A stretch of DNA of 44,912 nt from a virus (lineage: Duplodnaviria > Caudoviricetes): positions 1-44,912 of the IMG/VR virus record IMGVR_UViG_3300033513_000016; one strand, written 5' to 3'. Below, piece by piece: positions 38,486-44,912 of this stretch; position 1 is the first letter of the stretch; every line of letters starts with the position of its first letter. The notes below the pieces were generated by a model. That model was given only the letters and a program-made list of their open reading frames with translations. It ran no database searches and was not told where the DNA came from. The translations under genes were made by a program, and so were the position numbers.

Positions 38486-39213
38486 GCATATTTCCACACA
38501 AATCCGTGATGAGTTTTTGTTATACCAACACAAGCACCACGGATAAGTCTGGCATTTGTTCCTATAGATTTGGCAGCTTCGGCAGAGTTGACAAAAGTTG
38601 CCAACAACAATCCTTCCTTCGTGTACTGCTGAATAGTTGGACATCGAGCATGGTGATATACTGGAGGAGCATCTTCAGTATATCCCCACATAAATCCACC
38701 TGCTGACACTCTCTTCTTTTTGCAACACTGAGTAATATAACTACGATTTGCTCCAGGTACTTTTTCCGAAGCTACTTTAGCAGACGAAAACGTTGCAACC
38801 AGAGTTCCATCAAGAGTGTATTGAGACACTGATTTCCCCTTCTGTTTAGCTGTTTCGTGATCGCTTCTTGCTTTTCTTGTAGCAGGAGACCAACTTGAAG
38901 CTCCTGATTCACCACCATCTGTCAAATTACACAACCACCCCGTACCAATATCCAATCTCCCATACTGAACTACCAACTCTATTTCTTTTTGCAATGCAAT
39001 TTCGTTCGAAACATTGTCTATAACTTTGTTGTAAACTGGTCGTAGGTTCAATTTATCTAACTCACATAGAAATTGCTTGAGTCTCCAATTTTTAACTTGT
39101 TTTGCTCGTCTATGTTTCCAGTGATCGTACATTCGACGATTTTTTCCTTTACCCACATAAAATGGTTGACTAGTTCTCGGATCTATGAGAACGTACGTGT
39201 AATAATTTAACAT
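38482..39213 (-). mobile_element. Free-standing GIY-YIG (LEM-3-like) homing endonuclease with two NUMOD1-type repeats
   Basis: YYTYVLIDPR..FYVGKG..R, E..L..YG, LCNLTDGG, QY..G..F.S..A repeats. GGAGA RBS before ATG 39213. Confidence 0.82.
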
Positions 39214-39241
39214 AAGAAGAATCTCCATAAGTACCTGGGTG

Positions 39242-39248
39242 TATTTAT
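39242..39248 (-). promoter_or_regulatory. Putative late promoter (ATAAATA) for the endonuclease
   Basis: TATTTAT on + strand ~30 nt upstream of 39213. Confidence 0.55.
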
Positions 39249-39263
39249 GACAGGAGACACAAA

Positions 39264-40337
39264 TTGGCTCAAAATACAAAGAAACTCACTAAAACCGCGG
39301 GTTTTACAGATATCCACTGGGGTGCGCGAGGCAATAGCGAGCAGCACAATCTCGATTGCTTGAAGTTCGTTGACTGGTTTTGTGAGCAAGTTAAACAAGA
39401 CCCGTCAATTGACTCTATTGTCTTTCTTGGTGACTGGTTTGAGAACCGCGCCACACTCAACATCCTGACAATGCACTATTCATACGAAGGTGCAAAGAAG
39501 TTGAATGCTCTAGGTCTTCCTGTGTATTTTATCATCGGTAACCACGACCTATACAATCGCAACTCGCGTGATGTATTCTCGACTGTCAACTTCCACGAAT
39601 TCGACAATTTCATTGTGATCAGCGAGCCTGTCATTGTTCCTGAGTTGGGTGTGAGCGGTGCACTACTTAGCCCATTCCTATTCCACGACGAGTACAATTC
39701 ATTGACACAATATTTGCATCTTGCTACATGGTGGGGGCACTTTGAGTTTCAGGGCTTCCAAGTTACTGGAACTGGTATGAAAATGCCAACCGGCCCAAAT
39801 GCAGATGACTTTGCTGGTCCAAAGCGTATATTTGCTGGACACTTCCATAAGCGTCAAATCGACAAAAACGTTGTGTATATCGGCAATACATTCCCAACGA
39901 ACTTTTCTGATGCAGATGACAATGAACGTGGAATGATGGTTTATGACCATAAATCAAACAAAATCGAATTTATTGACTGGGGTGACTGCCCCAAGTTTGT
40001 CAAGACCACACTATCAGCTATCCTCGATGGCACTGCTCCTATGTACAACGAAGCCCGAGTTAAATGTGTGGTTGACGTTCCTATTACTTTCGAAGAAAGT
40101 ATGCAGATCCGTCAGCGTTTCATGGAAACTTTTCAGTTGCGTGAATTCAATCTCGAAGAATCCAGTGAGATAGCTGCAACCCTTACGCAAGAACAGGATG
40201 AAACGTTGGATGAGATTCCTGACATTGAACTGAAGAGTGTTGATGAACTGGTAGTTCATATGCTTGCGAACATTGACAGTGAGCACTTCGATAGCAAGAT
40301 CCTTATTGAACAGTATCAAAGATTGACAATAAATTGA
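39264..40337 (+). CDS. Recombination nuclease subunit (T4 gp47 / Mre11 / SbcD)
   Basis: DIHWG, GDWF, GNHD, GHFH. AGGAG RBS with TTG start. Confidence 0.92.
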   Translation: MAQNTKKLTKTAGFTDIHWGARGNSEQHNLDCLKFVDWFCEQVKQDPSIDSIVFLGDWFENRATLNILTMHYSYEGAKKLNALGLPVYFIIGNHDLYNRNSRDVFSTVNFHEFDNFIVISEPVIVPELGVSGALLSPFLFHDEYNSLTQYLHLATWWGHFEFQGFQVTGTGMKMPTGPNADDFAGPKRIFAGHFHKRQIDKNVVYIGNTFPTNFSDADDNERGMMVYDHKSNKIEFIDWGDCPKFVKTTLSAILDGTAPMYNEARVKCVVDVPITFEESMQIRQRFMETFQLREFNLEESSEIAATLTQEQDETLDEIPDIELKSVDELVVHMLANIDSEHFDSKILIEQYQRLTIN

Positions 40338-40370
40338 TTATCGAATTTATCCAAAATATCGCCACCAATC

Positions 40371-40377
40371 ATAAATA
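40371..40377 (+). promoter_or_regulatory. Putative late promoter (ATAAATA) for the endonuclease
   Basis: Motif ~20 nt upstream of 40399. Confidence 0.5.
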
Positions 40378-40398
40378 ATTATACCAAAATAGGGAATT

Positions 40399-41331
40399 AT
40401 GATGGATAGATATGTCTATATGTTGAGCGATGCCGGTGTTCCGTTTTATGTTGGGAAAGGCACACACGCAAATAACTATACTGACAAATACAGAAGACCG
40501 CAATATCATATGCTGGAGGCCAGCAAACCAACATCCGAACAAACCAACAAACTTAACTGCGCGTACATCAACAAAATACTAGCTCGTGGTGATGAGGTCA
40601 ACATCGCTATCATTGCCGACAATCTCACAGAAGATGAGGCACTACAACTGGAAACTGAACTAATACAACAGTTTGGCCGTTTAGCATATGGTGGAACACT
40701 AACTAATTTAGTAGCTGAACAAAACAAATGTGCAACAGACACCCGCAAACGACCTGTATATGCGTTTAGCACCAGTGGAGAACTAAAGCATACGTTTCTT
40801 AGTATTAAAGAAGCAGCAAAAGATGTTGCATGTAGTGCTGGGAATATTGTATGGTGTTGCAAGGGCAAATATAAAACAGCTGGAGGATTTGTTTGGTCGT
40901 ATACAAACGTGTTTCCTGGCTTTGTGTTGGCGGCGAACAGCAATGCTCAGCAAATTGATTGTTATCTACCATCGGGGGATTTTGTATGCACGTATCCAAC
41001 AATCACGCAAGCTGCTCAGATAACCGGAATAGATCAGTCGTCAATATCAAACAGCATAAGACAAATAACACAAGTAGCAGCAGGTGGTTTTATATGGGTA
41101 CATCACGGAAGACCATTCACACTAAGAGACAAACGAACAGCAGGTAAGCCAAAAAAATCCGTAGGTCAATATGCAGCAGATGGCAATTTAATTAAGACTC
41201 ACACATCCATTAAACAGGCAGAACGCGACACAGGAATACTAATAGCTGGAATTAGTCGATGTTGTAGAAATGAACAGCATACCGCTGGCGGTTTTATATG
41301 GAAATTCACAGACTCCGAAAGTAATCAATGA
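40399..41331 (+). mobile_element. Free-standing GIY-YIG (LEM-3-like) homing endonuclease with three NUMOD1-type repeats
   Basis: YVYML..PFYVGKG, EALQLETELI..FG, LTN, three AGGF(V/I)W repeats. Lies between gp47 and gp46. Confidence 0.82.
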
Positions 41332-44294
41332 TATTAATGTTCGACACACTCACCCTACAGAACTTTATGAGTTATGGTAATAATGTTACCACTATTCCGC
41401 TCAATAGACCTGGAACAACACTCATAGTTGGTGAGGACCTTGACCATCCGTCGTCAGGTCAAAGCAATGGTGTGGGCAAAGCACAACCACTCCATTGCAA
41501 AATCAAAGTTCCAGGTGGATGGAAGACGATGGGAGATGTCACACGAGGGGATGTTGTTTGTACGCCTGATGGGGCGACTTCATTAGTATTGGACACTTTT
41601 CATCAAGGATTGCGACCAGTTTACAAAATTACCTTCGCGGATGGCAGATCTACAGAAGCAGATGAGAATCATCTGTGGGAAGTTTTTTCGCACCGATGGA
41701 GCACTCGAACAAAAAGCTTGAAAACAAACAGAAACACGAAAATACTAACCACATCTGAGTTGATACACTGGGTTGATACCGCCAATAAGTCAAAATACAA
41801 CAAATATAGCATTTTTGTGCCACTCGTCCAGCCAGCACAGATTACAGACACTCAGTTGCCAATTCACCCATACCTGCTCGGTTGCTTATTGGGTGATGGT
41901 GGTTTTACAACTAGAGACGTAACCTTCACTAACAGTGACGCAGAGTGTGTTGCGCACGTTTCTGAATTACTACAACCATTTAGTCAAGAATTGGTTTCAT
42001 ATACAAATGATATAAACTATAAAATTAGGTCAACTGGATCACGCGTAAATGCCATTGCTGATGCATTAACGAGCTTAAACTTGATGGGGTGTGATAGCTC
42101 ATTAAAGTTCATACCACCTATATATCTGGAAGGTAGCACTCAGCAGAAATTGGATCTGCTGAGAGGATTGTTGGATACTGATGGTTTTGTAAGTAAAGCA
42201 GGATCAGTGTCGTTTTCATCAACCAGTAAGCAACTTGCCGAAGATGTGGCATACTTAGTCAGATCCTTAGGCGGTAAATCCACCATGTCCATTAGACATC
42301 CGCATTATTACTACAAAGGCACTAAGCGCGAGGGAAAGGTATGCTATGAAGTGAGAATTGCTTACCCCAATCCTACACAACTATTTAATATCAGCAGGAA
42401 GAAGAATAGATTTAATAAAGAAAGTACACAATACAGCAATGCAGGATTGCGCATCCAATCTATTGAATACATTGGCGAAACAGAAACCAAGTGTATATTA
42501 ATAGATCACCCTAAACATCTATATATCACTGATGACTTTATCGTTACTCACAACACTACTGTGATGAATGCGCTTACATATGCTCTGTATGATAAGCCCA
42601 TCAGCGACGACATCTCCAAAGACGATCTTGTTAACAACATCAACAAGAAAAATATGGAAGTAACACTGGGATTTACGGGAGCTGATGGTGTAAATTATTA
42701 CATCAAGCGTTCACGTAAAACCAAAGCTGGTAATGCTGGCAACAATGTGTATTTGTACATCAACGGCATTGACAAAACGCCAGATAGTATAGCCGCAACT
42801 AATGCAATGATCGAAAGCATTATTGGGATTCCGTATGAAGTGTTTGTGCGTATTGTTGTGTTCTCAGCATCCCACCAACCATTCCTGAATCTATCCACTA
42901 AGGACCAGACTGCAATCATCGAAGAATTGTTCGGTCTTACTTCGATCTCTCGCAAGGCAGAACTGCTGAAAGCTGTCATCAAAGACACGGAAAATAGCTT
43001 GAAAGTTCAGCAGGCAAGGCTAGAATCTGCCAAAGGTGAACAAGAACGTCATGCAGGTCAAGTCGATGCTGCAAAGAAGCGTATTGCTGCGTGGGATGTT
43101 CAGCACACACAAAGTATTGAGACCCTTAAGCAGCAAATCGAAGATCTGTCGGGCATTGACATCAAGGTCCAGCAAGAATTGTTGGATCAATATACTACGA
43201 TTTCTGAAGAGATTAAGGCAGCACAGGTACAGGTAGATACGGTGAATACCACTCTTACCAACCACAATCGCTTAATTAAGACGAAGGAAAAAGACAGGCA
43301 GACGATTGTTTCCTTGATGACTACAACACACAAAAACATCAAGAAGCAGGAGGAAGAGCAGAATCATCTGCAGAATGCAACATGTCCATACTGCTTGCAG
43401 CACTTCGAAGATACACAATCCAAGATCGAGCTGTGCAAGCAGACAATTATCAAGCATGAAGCGGAGCTCAATGCTCTCGACGTTGAACTAGAACAGCTTG
43501 AGCATGAGTTGGCTGATGATATTGCCATGCGTGGTAAATTCGAGTTTTCTGCGATGGCTCAAACACAACACCTCAACAATCTAAAGGAGCAGTTGAAGCA
43601 CATTAACCGCCAAATCGTTGTTGCTAGCTCGAAAGAACTGCAGCAAATGGAGAATGAGAAGGTCAACCTGCAGAAGAAAATTGACGACTTGACTACTGCT
43701 GAGAATCCACACCAAGAAGCGTTGGATGAGTTGATTGCAGCAACTATTCCTGATCCCGATTACACAGAAGTGAATGCACTATCAAAGATAATCGACCACC
43801 AAAAATTCTTGTTGAAGCTCCTGACAAAAAAGGATAGCTTTGTCCGCAAAACGCTGCTAAATAAGAACATTCCATTCCTGAACTCAAAGCTGCAAGAGTA
43901 CTTGAATGAGCTTGGTTTGCCACATAAGGTCGAGTTTACTAAAGAAATGAGTGCGTCAATATCGCAATTTGGTCGAACTTTAGGCTTTGGTAACTTATCT
44001 CAAGGACAGCGCGCGCGTGTTAATTTTGCGCTGTCTCTTGCATTTAAAGACGTGCTTCAGAGCATTCACACAAAAGTAAATGTTTTCATGCTTGATGAAA
44101 TACTGGATCATGGACTTGACTCAGTTGGTGTTCAGGCAGCAGCCAGAGTTGTGAAACGCAAAGCTAGGGACGAGCATCTAGCAATGTTCGTCATTTCGCA
44201 CCGCGAAGAAGTAAGTAATACTTTCGATAGAAAGATGGTTGTGCAGCTTCGCGATGGATTTTCGCATATAAAGGGCCACGATGGATCAAAGTAA
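41328..44294 (+). CDS. Recombination ATPase (T4 gp46 / Rad50 / SbcC), intein-containing
   Basis: NFMSYGN, NGVGK|TT Walker A, CPYC zinc hook, LSQGQ signature, LDEILD Walker B, ISH. Confidence 0.93.
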   Translation: MILMFDTLTLQNFMSYGNNVTTIPLNRPGTTLIVGEDLDHPSSGQSNGVGKAQPLHCKIKVPGGWKTMGDVTRGDVVCTPDGATSLVLDTFHQGLRPVYKITFADGRSTEADENHLWEVFSHRWSTRTKSLKTNRNTKILTTSELIHWVDTANKSKYNKYSIFVPLVQPAQITDTQLPIHPYLLGCLLGDGGFTTRDVTFTNSDAECVAHVSELLQPFSQELVSYTNDINYKIRSTGSRVNAIADALTSLNLMGCDSSLKFIPPIYLEGSTQQKLDLLRGLLDTDGFVSKAGSVSFSSTSKQLAEDVAYLVRSLGGKSTMSIRHPHYYYKGTKREGKVCYEVRIAYPNPTQLFNISRKKNRFNKESTQYSNAGLRIQSIEYIGETETKCILIDHPKHLYITDDFIVTHNTTVMNALTYALYDKPISDDISKDDLVNNINKKNMEVTLGFTGADGVNYYIKRSRKTKAGNAGNNVYLYINGIDKTPDSIAATNAMIESIIGIPYEVFVRIVVFSASHQPFLNLSTKDQTAIIEELFGLTSISRKAELLKAVIKDTENSLKVQQARLESAKGEQERHAGQVDAAKKRIAAWDVQHTQSIETLKQQIEDLSGIDIKVQQELLDQYTTISEEIKAAQVQVDTVNTTLTNHNRLIKTKEKDRQTIVSLMTTTHKNIKKQEEEQNHLQNATCPYCLQHFEDTQSKIELCKQTIIKHEAELNALDVELEQLEHELADDIAMRGKFEFSAMAQTQHLNNLKEQLKHINRQIVVASSKELQQMENEKVNLQKKIDDLTTAENPHQEALDELIAATIPDPDYTEVNALSKIIDHQKFLLKLLTKKDSFVRKTLLNKNIPFLNSKLQEYLNELGLPHKVEFTKEMSASISQFGRTLGFGNLSQGQRARVNFALSLAFKDVLQSIHTKVNVFMLDEILDHGLDSVGVQAAARVVKRKARDEHLAMFVISHREEVSNTFDRKMVVQLRDGFSHIKGHDGSK
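41481..42554 (+). mobile_element. Intein (358 aa) with LAGLIDADG endonuclease, class 3 type
   Basis: Begins AQPL after GVGK and ends IVTHN/T. LGCLLGDG and LRGLLDTDG motifs. W (HLW), C (KCI), T (THN). Confidence 0.9.
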
Positions 44295-44683
44295 AGGTAC
44301 ATATGCAGCAATGAAGTTTTGTAACACTGTTGTATAGCCGCAAACACATGCCAGACTACAAGGCCAAACAGTGGATAGGAAAGCCTATCATTGCACGACC
44401 TTTAGAGTTTGCAGTATGGAAAACTAATGCAGATAGCAGCGTTCATACCAACTGTTTGGTTCTCAAGTTGTCAGCTCCCGAACTCGTGGAACGACACCAC
44501 GAATTAAGACGTTTGTATGGTGGAACTCATGATTATCCAACATTTGAACCTCATGTAACACTCTCGTACGACATCGGTGATTTTGACGTATCGGCGCTAT
44601 CTATCAACGATTTGCCGAAGGGATTAGCGTTGCTGGTTGAATTTCAAGAAGATTTGGATCTTAACTGGGCAGCAACCGTATAA
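44281..44683 (+). pseudogene. acb1: Anti-CBASS Acb1 (T4 gp57B-like 2H phosphodiesterase), disrupted
   Basis: MDQSKGTYAAMKF in one frame, and VTLLYSRKH..VW..LVL..THDYPTFEPHVTLSY..E.LDLNW in the next frame. First HxT His is missing. Confidence 0.75.
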
Positions 44684-44705
44684 ATATCTCCAAAATGGAG
44701 ATATT
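44679..44705 (+). promoter_or_regulatory. Late promoter TATAAATA overlapping an RBS-sequestering hairpin
   Basis: TATAAATA at 44679-44686. AATATCTCC (44683-44691) / GGAGATATT (44697-44705) stem. Confidence 0.75.
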
Positions 44706-44912
44706 ATGAGACTGCACGAACTGGCCTATGTTATAGGCGACGATGGTGGTATGCACCGCCATATGCACGATGCTATGGAAAATATGAAGCACCATAGCAA
44801 AAATCACAAAGACGAGGATGTTCGCAAAGCATGTACACAGGCTATGGATAGCATCCATGCACACATGCAGCGTCCTCAATCCCTGTACGATGATCTACAC
44901 ACTTTCCTGAAG
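44706..44912 (+). CDS. Partial His/Met-rich late protein (runs off window, not in ORF track)
   Basis: GGAG RBS. MRLHELAYVIGDDGGMHRHMHDAMENMKHH... is open to the window end. Confidence 0.7.
   Translation, partial: MRLHELAYVIGDDGGMHRHMHDAMENMKHHSKNHKDEDVRKACTQAMDSIHAHMQRPQSLYDDLHTFLK

Noticed and set aside
40368-40403. RBS-sequestering hairpin before the + strand GIY-YIG gene
   Set aside because: Only a 7-bp AT-rich pairing (ATCATAA/TTATGAT) with a long loop, which is too weak to claim without folding calculations.
44330-44683. Intact 117-aa Acb1 as called in the ORF track
   Set aside because: The TTG start has no clear RBS and lies after the position of the first HxT motif. The true N-terminus appears in another frame at 44281.
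1-44912. Stop-codon reassignment or tRNA/ncRNA genes
   Set aside because: Genes are full length and dense under the standard code with TAA, TAG and TGA all ending genes. Intergenic gaps are short and I saw no cloverleaf.

Overview
This window looks like part of a large, T4-superfamily-like (probably jumbo) myophage genome. It uses the standard genetic code, and I saw no tRNA, rRNA or CRISPR array. The + strand carries replication, recombination and transcription genes: a gp41-like helicase, PD-(D/E)XK exonuclease, DsbA, family-B polymerase, sliding clamp, RNase H/5'-3' exonuclease, gp55 late sigma factor and gp47/gp46. The - strand carries a ~22 kb baseplate/tail block (gp48/54-, gp53-, gp27-, gp5-, gp25- and gp6-like genes plus a 3254-aa virion protein) and a separate fibre gene. 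Mobile elements are three free-standing homing-endonuclease-like genes and a class-3-type LAGLIDADG intein in gp46. The most notable observations are: (1) an anti-CBASS Acb1 homologue broken by an apparent internal deletion and frameshift; (2) a DUF488 protein between polymerase and clamp whose C-terminus copies the polymerase's putative clamp-binding tail (VDDLLTF vs VDELLTF); (3) recurring hairpins in which a (T)ATAAATA late promoter overlaps the arm that sequesters an RBS; (4) a late-promoter retropepsin/RimB-like protease near Glu-rich proteins and a degenerate 2OG-Fe(II) oxygenase. All family calls come from motif recognition by eye, not from database searches.
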